Shown here: in pieces, positions 55,652 through 64,000 of the stretch | Layout of the letters: the number at the start of each line of letters is the position of its first letter | Position numbering within the stretch: the first letter of the stretch is position 1 | From: Sanchytrium tribonematis | Taxonomy: Eukaryota | Assembly: GCA_018985235.1 (NCBI GenBank) | Contig: JADGIG010000006.1 | Location: forward strand, 1-64,000 | Direction: 5' to 3' | Length of the DNA stretch: 64,000 nt | Notes under the pieces: model-generated | Database searches by the model: none | What the model saw: only the letters and a program-made list of their open reading frames with translations | Told to the model about the DNA's origin: nothing | Program-made: the position numbers and the translations under genes

Positions 55652-56264
55652 TTATTCTTTTCCAGCCCAGTCTTTCTTAATAGCAAAGCACCACTCAAAA
55701 TCAAGATGGGTGACTTGATCGTCATCAATAAAACTAAATGAGTTTGATTTACCGAGATCGGACGTTGTATGTACCACGCGCTAGAGCTCCACTAGGTGCC
55801 TCTTCTGGTTGAAATTTCTTTTCATAAGGAGTTGGGTTTGGCCCGTAGCTTCCAAGCATTTCCTCTGCCTTATCAACTTTTATTCCATTACGCTTGACAA
55901 CATGAAGGTATTTGAGTCCGGAAACGACATCGTTTTGGACCTGGAACTTAATTTTGAGCTTGTATTCAATGCCTTCTTTGATAATCATAGGGTTCTTTTT
56001 ATATTCTTCCAATTTGGTGGTATCTTGCAAATTTAAAACGACATCAGATCGCTCGGCAACTTCCATAGCTAATTCTAGCGGAATAACTTTTTTGCCTCCT
56101 TTTGGAACAGCACCAGTGGCCACACCAAGGCTTTCTTTCCACTTTCTCAAACTCTCATCCTCAGCGTCAAGATTTTGAAGTTCTTCTAGAGTCTTTTTGG
56201 CTGGTGCCTTGTAGTTAACGTCATTGGTTACAGCTAGATCATCGTCCTGAGGTTGAGTAGACAT
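55652..56264 (-). CDS. RDI1: Rho GDP-dissociation inhibitor; exons 56264-55753, 55733-55652
   Basis: LDAEDESLRKWKESL, IKEG.EY, MLGSYGP, EEAPSG.LARG.Y, FIDDD..THL.FEW...IKKDW. Confidence 0.97.
55734..55752 (-). other. 19-nt intron gtaaatcaaactcatttag
   Basis: Removal restores VRSR|FIDDD. Confidence 0.96.
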
Positions 56265-56304
56265 GTTATTGCAAGCAATGTTTCAAAAAAGTACTAAAAA
56301 CTTT

Positions 56305-57648
56305 TTATTTCAAATTTATTTTGGGCTTTGGTGTCAATTGCAAATATGTTTGCCAGTCATCCTCATCACCTATCTCAATAACATCTGTGCCATCTATATA
56401 ACTCATTTTTATGGATTTTAAATTCAATTTTGTAGTAATTTTTAATTGGGCTTCCTTGTAGGTGTTGTTATTTAATAGCATCACAAAAACTTTTCCAGAA
56501 AAGTCAAATTTTGCCGGACTGGCAACTGGTTCGGCAACTTGCTCGTCACTTCCCTTGTTTTCGTCAATAGAACCCTTCCTTTCCTTTGGGGCTAACTTTT
56601 GGGGCTTGTTCTGGAAAGTTGTGGGGGCCTTGAGCTCATTGGGGTCTTCTTTTTTCTTTTCTCTTGGTTTGTCGGTCTTCTCTTTACTATCTGCTTCTTT
56701 AGGCTTCTCTTTCGCCTCTTTGTTCACTTCCTTTGTATCTTTTGGTACGTTTCGTTTGCCTTTCATAGGTTCACTGACTGCAACTCCACTACCGACTTTC
56801 ATTTGGTTCCATGGTGCAACAATTTCTGCGGCACTCATTCCTTCTTTCACTTGATATTTTTTATTGTACACAGTGTCAATTTCCCAATTCTGAAAAAAGT
56901 TTTGAATCAATTGACTGTTAAGAATGTGTTCGGGTAATTGAGCAAAAATTTCCTTGCAATAAACTGCTAGCTGAGCAGCTCTTCGCTGCGTAACATTCTC
57001 ATTGGCAAATGGAACGGGTCCGGGAATGGTAGGTATCACTCTTGTTCCAGAAATTCCGCTCTCTTGTGGAAATGTCGCTAAAAGTGTAAGCTGCATGTCA
57101 TAAAAGTCTTGATATGTCCTGTAAATTATTCTATGGATGTGATCTTTTGAATCTGTCTCAATGAGAAAAGTCCAAACATTTCCTTTTCCTTTAAAATATT
57201 GAACCACAATGGCGAATGTTATATTTGCTGCTGTTGGAGTTGCGCATTCCTTGAGATAGGTAGTTTTTTGCGTTGGTTCGAGTCTCTTCAAAGTCCCATA
57301 AGGTTTTAGGGTTCCACGAGATGTATTCTCTGCTGCTGTGAATCTTGAAAGTGTCATTTTTGGTCGCTCTATCTTGGCAACTTTTGGTTTTATTTCTTTT
57401 TCATTTTGTTTGTCTGCTACTTGATTTGTCTTAACTGGTAATTCAAGTGGTTTTAATGCCTTTTTGATTTCCAGGTAGTTGCTGGGCACATATCCTTCTT
57501 TTCCCTTATACTTTACCAGAGTCCAGTCTGTACTCCCTTTCACAACCTCTACTTCTTCACCCTCTTTGATTGCTAAAGCTTGCAGACCATTTTCGAAGTC
57601 ATATTTTTCAGTACCAGGATCAAAATCAAATTGTAGCTTCACGTGCAT
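56305..57648 (-). CDS. SH3-PX-PB1 scaffold (Bem1/Scd2-like architecture with one SH3)
   Basis: SH3 DW...KEGYVPSNYL; PX RTYQDFYDMQ..L..FP.E.G..R.IP.IPGP; PB1 MSYIDG.DVIEIGDEDDW. Confidence 0.85.
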   Translation of the reverse strand: MHVKLQFDFDPGTEKYDFENGLQALAIKEGEEVEVVKGSTDWTLVKYKGKEGYVPSNYLEIKKALKPLELPVKTNQVADKQNEKEIKPKVAKIERPKMTLSRFTAAENTSRGTLKPYGTLKRLEPTQKTTYLKECATPTAANITFAIVVQYFKGKGNVWTFLIETDSKDHIHRIIYRTYQDFYDMQLTLLATFPQESGISGTRVIPTIPGPVPFANENVTQRRAAQLAVYCKEIFAQLPEHILNSQLIQNFFQNWEIDTVYNKKYQVKEGMSAAEIVAPWNQMKVGSGVAVSEPMKGKRNVPKDTKEVNKEAKEKPKEADSKEKTDKPREKKKEDPNELKAPTTFQNKPQKLAPKERKGSIDENKGSDEQVAEPVASPAKFDFSGKVFVMLLNNNTYKEAQLKITTKLNLKSIKMSYIDGTDVIEIGDEDDWQTYLQLTPKPKINLK

Positions 57649-57942
57649 CTTAAAAATTTATTTTTACCCATTTTTACAATTTATTACCAAAACAAAGCAA
57701 CTACATTGACTCATGCTTGTATTATCGCATTTAAATTTATTTGATTCAGTTGATTGACGTCAAAATGTTTAACGAAGTTGATTTGGATGATTGTCACGAA
57801 TAGATATTGAAGCTCAATTGTTCTTATGGTGTTAGCTATTTCCGATACTTTTGGTAATTGAATAACAAAAAGTTATTAATATATTTGCTTGCCCAGACTT
57901 TCGATTGGTTTTTATTCAAAACGCGCCACTTTTAAATTTTCA

Positions 57943-59392
57943 ATGGATGACGAAAAGAAAGACTTAAAAATTCAAATCCCTGCCAACAAGGATTTGAAGT
58001 CATCTGTAGAAAGAAAAATACCAGAAGACCTTAAAACAGATACTTTTGTAGCAATTGTAGGGCAACCTTTGCCTCAAGCAGGAAGTACAAGTCCAAAACC
58101 TTTAATTGTTAACGCAGAAGACAATCCGGCTTTAATTAAACCGCCAGACCAAGACCCTGAAGGCGCAAGTCCGGGATACCATGAAAGAAAAGTTATGGAT
58201 GTACTTGATGGAAATAATGAAGACCCTTTCACTTTAGATTCGTTCAAAGAATTAATATTAAATCACGCGGATCAAGAGAAAGATTATATTTTAGCCAGAG
58301 TTATTACGATGGATCCAAAAGACAACACACGTTTTTATTATTCCTATTATCCTGGGCATAATATTAATAAGGTTCTATTTAGAACCCAACCTGAAGAAGG
58401 GCTATTACATAGAATGAAAGCCAAAAATCCGCTTAATAATATGACTATTGTGGGTGATGTATTTTACTACGCTATATCTTGTAAGCAGTCGGAGAAAGTT
58501 AAACGAAAAGATAAAAGTAACGATGCGTCTCCAGAGTCTATTAAATCTCCAAGAACGATACAGAGAAACGCTATGAGTGCTAAATTAAAAATAATATTGG
58601 AGCAGTCACCAAAATCAACCTATTTAGTGACACGTCCAGACATGCATGAGAACGAGCCATTAAAAACTCGAAGACCTAGTGCAGATGACGTATTTTCTTA
58701 CACCAAGACTGCGCCAAATTTATCGCCTTCGAAATTATTTCACAACTCTGAATTTTGGCAAGGCTGGCAAAATAATTTAAGAGCCCAAAAAATAGAATTA
58801 GAGACTCTGAGTGCTGGAACTGAATTGGATGTATCCGCTTCATTATTGTCTCCCAAGCAAGTTAGTTATTTAAATGATCGACAGAGTGTTTCCATAAATG
58901 ACTGGATATCGAACCATACAACCTCCAAAGAAAAAGTATTCCTCATTTATTTAGTCTCCAACCATCTTCTATGCACATTATATTGGCAGCGACGATGACT
59001 TTTTAATGAAATCTAACTTTAGACAATTCTTTAAGAAAAACGCATTGACAGATGAAGAGGCTGTTCTATTCTCTCTACCAACAAACTCACTTTACCCTTC
59101 TACACCAAATCCGCAGGACCAACTCCCCCCAAATGACGACCAGTCGCGCCTCAAAATGGTAAGATATGTTCTAGGTAGTTATCTGATGGTTATAATCTTA
59201 GTCTTGGGTGCATTTTTGTTTTCCTCAAAGGACCGTGACACAAACAACGATCAATTTAAAACAATGATCATTGTGAGTGGCGTGTTATTGAGTGTAGTTA
59301 TAGGTATACTTGTAGCATATGAAATATATATTAGAAGACGTGGTAGAGCTGGTAGCGAACCACTGAATTCTAATGCAGACCATGAAGAATAA
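57943..59392 (+). CDS. Conserved hypothetical membrane protein (DUF5092-like); exons 57943-58935, 58955-59392
   Basis: EDPFTL, ARVIT.D...YYSYY, GLLHRMKAKNPLNNM.IVGDV.YY, YIGSDDDFL; two C-terminal TMs. Family name is recalled, not verified. Confidence 0.7.
58936..58954 (+). other. 19-nt intron gtattcctcatttatttag
   Basis: Removal joins SKEK|SPTIFYAHY in frame to the 59006-59392 ORF. Confidence 0.9.
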
Positions 59393-59395
59393 AAC

Positions 59396-59935
59396 TCATT
59401 TACTCAAATATACACCGCTGTCTGTTTTGGACAAAAAGAGTCGCTTTTTCCTTTCCCTATAATATGAGCTAAATTGAGGCTTTTCTTCTGCTTCGACTAC
59501 CTTTTGAAGAGTGTCATATAGACAATTCTTGTTTGATACAACATCAAAATGTTGCTTAAATATTAATATTTCTTTCTTCTCGTTCAAATAATCAAATATG
59601 GAAACAAAAAATAAGAGACCTAGAAAATATATAACATTTCCTAAGTACTTACTATAAACCATGCCCTGTTGTTGCATTTTTTTTGAATTAAAAGAATTCG
59701 AATATTCTGCATTATTCCAGGGAGAGTAGGACTTGAGTACGTCTTTTTTTGTATAATTTTTGCGTTCGAGTGTTAATGGAATTTTTCTACACTTTTTAGC
59801 AGATAACTTTGGAGGGTCCCTCAAAAAAGGTTGCTGTAGCATTCTCATATCAAGAAATAACAATGCCATTCCACTTAAAAGTATTGTAATATAAGTCTGG
59901 AGCATTTTAAAATGGCCTAAATATTTTAAATTCAT
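59396..59935 (-). CDS. Hypothetical membrane protein
   Basis: 179-aa ORF with two hydrophobic segments that fills the gap exactly. Confidence 0.55.
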   Translation of the reverse strand: MNLKYLGHFKMLQTYITILLSGMALLFLDMRMLQQPFLRDPPKLSAKKCRKIPLTLERKNYTKKDVLKSYSPWNNAEYSNSFNSKKMQQQGMVYSKYLGNVIYFLGLLFFVSIFDYLNEKKEILIFKQHFDVVSNKNCLYDTLQKVVEAEEKPQFSSYYRERKKRLFLSKTDSGVYLSK

Positions 59936-59939
59936 TTAA

Positions 59940-60713
59940 TTATAATCCTCCATCCATTACATTTTTAGATTCTCTTAATAGAACTATGGCCTCGTTGATA
60001 GTACTATTAGGAAAATATTTTTGTGGGTTAAAAAAAGGCGAATGTATAATTTGAGATTCTACAGTAAAAGGAATATTTAAATCAGGAATTTTATCACCGA
60101 GACTCTCGCACCACTTTCTATTAACTTCAAAGTAATCATGACCAGGCCATAGTAGTGCTTTTTTGGGATAACTTGCTTTCATTTTTTCAATGTAATCTGA
60201 TAATGATTCAACAGAACCTTCAAAAAATTTGCCTGTTCCCAATGAAAAAATTGAGTCTCCAGTGAAGATATGCAACTCATCCATGTATCTTAATTCAATC
60301 ACAACGGAACATGGTGTGTGAGTACTTACAGGTACAATTTTAAAGTCCAAGTCGCCGAATTTTAAAGTATTATTTACATCATATTTTTCACCCATATCTC
60401 CAAAGCTATATAATTTGATAAAATTCATATCTTTGACGCCCGCGCAGTGATCCCAATGGGTATGGGTTAAAAGCACGATGGGATCCTTTATGGATACGGC
60501 AAACCCAGGATCAATCACAACAGTAGTAGACCCACAAGTGAGAATGTATGTCAAATTATTGTCTGAATGGTAAATGCCGCTTATGGTCAATCCATTGGAC
60601 TCATAGTGTAATCTTTCGTCTTTTTCACTGTATAAAAATTGTTTAAATATAGTTCTTCCGAAAGATGAGCGAAATGCCGAATATTGAATTTTATCCCATA
60701 AGGAAAGCTCCAT
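59940..60713 (-). CDS. Glyoxalase II-like metallo-beta-lactamase (hydroxyacylglutathione hydrolase/PNKD-like)
   Basis: DN..Y, IDPG, LTHTHWDHCAG, HT, FTGD.IF..G.GKFFEG, WPGHDY. Confidence 0.9.
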   Translation of the reverse strand: MELSLWDKIQYSAFRSSFGRTIFKQFLYSEKDERLHYESNGLTISGIYHSDNNLTYILTCGSTTVVIDPGFAVSIKDPIVLLTHTHWDHCAGVKDMNFIKLYSFGDMGEKYDVNNTLKFGDLDFKIVPVSTHTPCSVVIELRYMDELHIFTGDSIFSLGTGKFFEGSVESLSDYIEKMKASYPKKALLWPGHDYFEVNRKWCESLGDKIPDLNIPFTVESQIIHSPFFNPQKYFPNSTINEAIVLLRESKNVMDGGL

Positions 60714-60779
60714 GTTTTGAAGTTCTATAAAAATGTCACTGCAATTTATTATTGGTTATCATTATAGTTTATTTTATCA

Positions 60780-62567
60780 CTATTTCCTAAAATCATCAGA
60801 TGAAGGCGGCAGTGGCTCGCTTTTTGTGGTTGGCGGTGCGAGATGCACATAAAGGGTATCCATTGCATCAAAATCGAAATCCGGCACTTTTCCGTGAAGC
60901 ATATACTGCTTAATTCGGTTTTGCGTGTTTTCAAATATTTTGGCTTTCGAAATTTTTGGAGTATCTGCCTTTCGTGTCTTGATAGGATTTTCTCTATGAT
61001 ATTCTAATAACGATTTTTTGGAAGCTATTCGTTTTTCATGAAATTCAAGATATTCTTTGGGCAAACTTTTTAATAACTTTTGCTTAAATTGTAAATCTTT
61101 GAGAATTTCAGATTGTACCTTTCTACTATTTGCGATTCGAATTTCGTAATCCAGTTTATATTTTTCAATTTTCATTCGCAGCTCTTCTTTTTCTTTCTCC
61201 ATTTCTTTCAACTTTTTCCTGTAATCCTTCACTTGTTCTGCCAAACTGGTATATTTGCTTTCAAATATTGCTTTGTCATTTTCAGCCTTTTGAAGCTCTA
61301 ACGACAAAGTCTCATTCTTTTTATTCTGATCATCCAGGTAAGCAACCGCTTGTTGTATTCTTTTGGAGTCCTTAACCACGACCTCAGGCTTTGGCTTTTG
61401 CAAAATGCTTGATCTTAGTTCTTCTAGTTTTTTAGCTAATTGAATTGTTTCCTCTTCTGACATTTTTAACTGATCATCTGATATTTGCTCAGCTTCCTCT
61501 CCTTTCAAAGTCTCTGGTTTAATTTTATTTTCAAGCATCTTTTTAATTCTTTTAATCTCTTCCTGGTATTCTCGAATCTTTGTATCTTTAGGATCTTCAT
61601 TAATCTTTGGTTTGTTTTTAATATTTTTAGCACGACTAGCATATCGTAGAGTACTAATGGATTCATCCGCATTGTAATCTGCAGGACTTATAGTAGAAAT
61701 CATTACAGTTTTCGAGTTACCACCCAATGCATCTTGAAGGAGTCGCGTCAATTTGCTGTCTCTGTAAGGAATGTGTGGTTTGTTTTCTACCAAAGAAGAT
61801 ATTACATTGCCCAAATTGGATAGACTCAGATTGATTTTCGCTCCTTCTTTCAACCTGTCACCAGTTGCTCCTGTTTTTGACTGTCTTTCTGAACCAGCCA
61901 AATCTACCAAGTTTAGTTTTCCAACTCTGACAGTCTGATTGTCCATTAAATGTTCGATAGTAATGGTAAATACACAATGAGATCGACTACTTTCATCGTT
62001 CATTTGAGTTGCCGCGACGCTTCTTACCTCATTTCCAATTTTCATTATGTTTTGCATATCTGCCATTGAGTGCACCACAATATTTGTCAAATCCTTTACA
62101 TAAACAGTCTTATCAGGATATTCTTTAAGATCCAAGTTTGGCTTTCCCTTGATCAATAGATCATGAATGTCCTCATTATAAATTTCTAAAAATGAGCATC
62201 TCAATAAAAATTTTGCATTTGATTCACTTATACGCTTAAAAATATAATCAAAGGTATTCGGAATAATTCCTCGCAAGTCGGGGATTTCCGCAATGCCTTG
62301 CATTGTGAACGTTTTCCCTGTTCCTGTTTGTCCATAACAAAACAAGCAGCCATTGTAGCCATCAATTACTGCATCAATGACATGTTTAACGCTTTGAAAA
62401 ACTTCGGACTGGGAGGAGTCAACTCCAAAAACTTGATCAAATGCAAATGATTTTCCTTTAAGTTGAACTTGGTTTGAAAGGCATTCCACTATGGAAGGTG
62501 ATTTCATTGCCAATTCTTTTTTATTTAATGGTCGGCATCTAATAAATACTTGCACTGATTCACTCAT
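60780..62567 (-). CDS. Kinesin-2 family motor (KIF3-like)
   Basis: [34 protein letters not shown]; kinesin-2 neck [19 protein letters not shown]. Confidence 0.92.
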   Translation of the reverse strand: MSESVQVFIRCRPLNKKELAMKSPSIVECLSNQVQLKGKSFAFDQVFGVDSSQSEVFQSVKHVIDAVIDGYNGCLFCYGQTGTGKTFTMQGIAEIPDLRGIIPNTFDYIFKRISESNAKFLLRCSFLEIYNEDIHDLLIKGKPNLDLKEYPDKTVYVKDLTNIVVHSMADMQNIMKIGNEVRSVAATQMNDESSRSHCVFTITIEHLMDNQTVRVGKLNLVDLAGSERQSKTGATGDRLKEGAKINLSLSNLGNVISSLVENKPHIPYRDSKLTRLLQDALGGNSKTVMISTISPADYNADESISTLRYASRAKNIKNKPKINEDPKDTKIREYQEEIKRIKKMLENKIKPETLKGEEAEQISDDQLKMSEEETIQLAKKLEELRSSILQKPKPEVVVKDSKRIQQAVAYLDDQNKKNETLSLELQKAENDKAIFESKYTSLAEQVKDYRKKLKEMEKEKEELRMKIEKYKLDYEIRIANSRKVQSEILKDLQFKQKLLKSLPKEYLEFHEKRIASKKSLLEYHRENPIKTRKADTPKISKAKIFENTQNRIKQYMLHGKVPDFDFDAMDTLYVHLAPPTTKSEPLPPSSDDFRK

Positions 62568-62589
62568 CTCAATTAAAAGTTTCAGATTA

Positions 62590-63999
62590 CTAATATTTAT
62601 TGGTATATAATAAAATTGAATTCATGCAATTATAAAACTCATTTAACGCTTTCGAGTATTTCCAGAAGTCGATTTTCTCAGTTTCAGAGATTTGATTCCA
62701 ATTTTTCAAGGCTTTTGATTTAATGCATTGTAGATTTATATCTGGATTGGGTTGATGAATTAGATACTTGTCGTAAAAAAGAAATGATTCAATTTTAGAC
62801 AATTCGGACATATCGAAACCTGGACTGTTTATGGTTTTCGGTTTTGCTTTTTTAAAGTCAAATATATTTTGTTGTTTAGTATTAATTTCCTTACAATCAT
62901 CCTTTCTATCAAAACAAATCTCAAAGTTGTTATCCATACATAAATAGGTGACTTCTTCTCCGGAAAGAATCTTTTGTCTCTTTTTAGTGGATGGCAATTT
63001 TGTGTCAGTTACAATCATTCGTTTTTTACTAATTTCAGCAGAATTATGAATTGTTCTTCGTGGCATCGGAAGTGTGCTAATCCAATTTTTAAGTTCCTCA
63101 ATAGTTATTTTGCCATAGCTCTCTTGAGTAATTAGTTTATGATTCGCATCAAATAAATATTGGATGACTCCAAATTCTTTACAGAATTGAATACACAAAT
63201 CTTCTTTACAATTTGATTTCGAAATACAGTCTTTGCTAAATATTGAATAGCCCAAATTGGGTATCTCTAGCCGGCCAATGTAATGATTTAAACGTTTTAT
63301 CGACTCCACAAAAATAAACGAAGGTTGATGTTTGAAAAAGCTTTTGAAGTAGTTCTCAGCAAATGCAACATACTTCGATGGAGGGAAGAAAGAATCTTTG
63401 GAAACCAAAGCTCTACACTTGCTAAACATCAACTGGTCGTGCATCAAATTAATTTCTCCAGTGATGTATTTTTTTAAGCCTTGGAAGTATCCAAAAGTGG
63501 TGTGCCCATGGTCCATTAGTTTGAACAAAAACAGACTAGTATCATCAATATTGTTTTCAAGCAGATCTTCAATATTTAAAGTCGTTTGAAATATCATCTC
63601 ACTGATTCTTATTTCAGTGAGATAAAGTGACTGTCCATTGGCATTTGTTGAGTATTGCTTAACGCAGAAACCATCATTATCATCGAAATTCAAATTATAA
63701 AATTCTTGAAGTCGTTGCAAAGATACAGATACTCTTGATTTGGTTTCAGTCTCCCTACATTTTGCAATTTCCTTGATGAAATTTGCAAATTTATTTTTCT
63801 TCAAGCAGAATGTGCCATTTTTCTCAGTTAATATCCCAGCTGCTTTTTTAAAACTAAAAAAATTGCATATGATATTGTCGGGGCATAACTTTCTGAGCTG
63901 CGAAACCTCCACAGGACCTTTCATTGAAATTTGAAGAATATCATAATATTTTTTTGGGATGGAATCAAACACTACATCATGAAGATCTGAAATATTATC
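62590..63999 (-). CDS. Hypothetical protein, 5' end outside window; possible dsRBD-like and C-terminal HMG-box-like segments
   Basis: Frame stays open to the window edge; SFLFY..LI..NP...[14 protein letters not shown] resembles an HMG box. Confidence 0.6.
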   Translation of the reverse strand, partial: DNISDLHDVVFDSIPKKYYDILQISMKGPVEVSQLRKLCPDNIICNFFSFKKAAGILTEKNGTFCLKKNKFANFIKEIAKCRETETKSRVSVSLQRLQEFYNLNFDDNDGFCVKQYSTNANGQSLYLTEIRISEMIFQTTLNIEDLLENNIDDTSLFLFKLMDHGHTTFGYFQGLKKYITGEINLMHDQLMFSKCRALVSKDSFFPPSKYVAFAENYFKSFFKHQPSFIFVESIKRLNHYIGRLEIPNLGYSIFSKDCISKSNCKEDLCIQFCKEFGVIQYLFDANHKLITQESYGKITIEELKNWISTLPMPRRTIHNSAEISKKRMIVTDTKLPSTKKRQKILSGEEVTYLCMDNNFEICFDRKDDCKEINTKQQNIFDFKKAKPKTINSPGFDMSELSKIESFLFYDKYLIHQPNPDINLQCIKSKALKNWNQISETEKIDFWKYSKALNEFYNCMNSILLYTNKY

Positions 64000-64000
64000 C

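Overview
Very gene-dense, AT-rich eukaryotic nuclear DNA in the standard genetic code, with about 55 protein-coding genes and many intergenic gaps of only 2-60 nt. Gene content (WOPR/Gti1-Pac2 factor, ILV3/5/6, ferritin, phosphorylase-kinase regulatory subunit, kinesin-2, DNAJB13-like and CFAP44-like flagellar proteins, several 7TM-RGS fusions) points to an early-diverging zoosporic fungus with a reduced genome. A sanchytrid-like lineage is a guess only. The main discovery is the splicing system. Nearly all ORF-track breaks inside recognisable genes are repaired by removing a GT-AG micro-intron of exactly 19 nt (15 cases) or 20 nt (3 cases). All 18 end in an invariant T-N-A-T-N-T-A-G (putative branch A fixed at -6), none has the usual +5G, and all lie within 680 nt of the stop codon. 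The only long intron (126 nt, G-beta) has textbook GTATGT/TACTAAC signals, internal stems and a second in-frame acceptor. Stop codons are usually fused to AATAAA. Protein identities come from motif recognition by eye, not database searches, and no RNA evidence was available.
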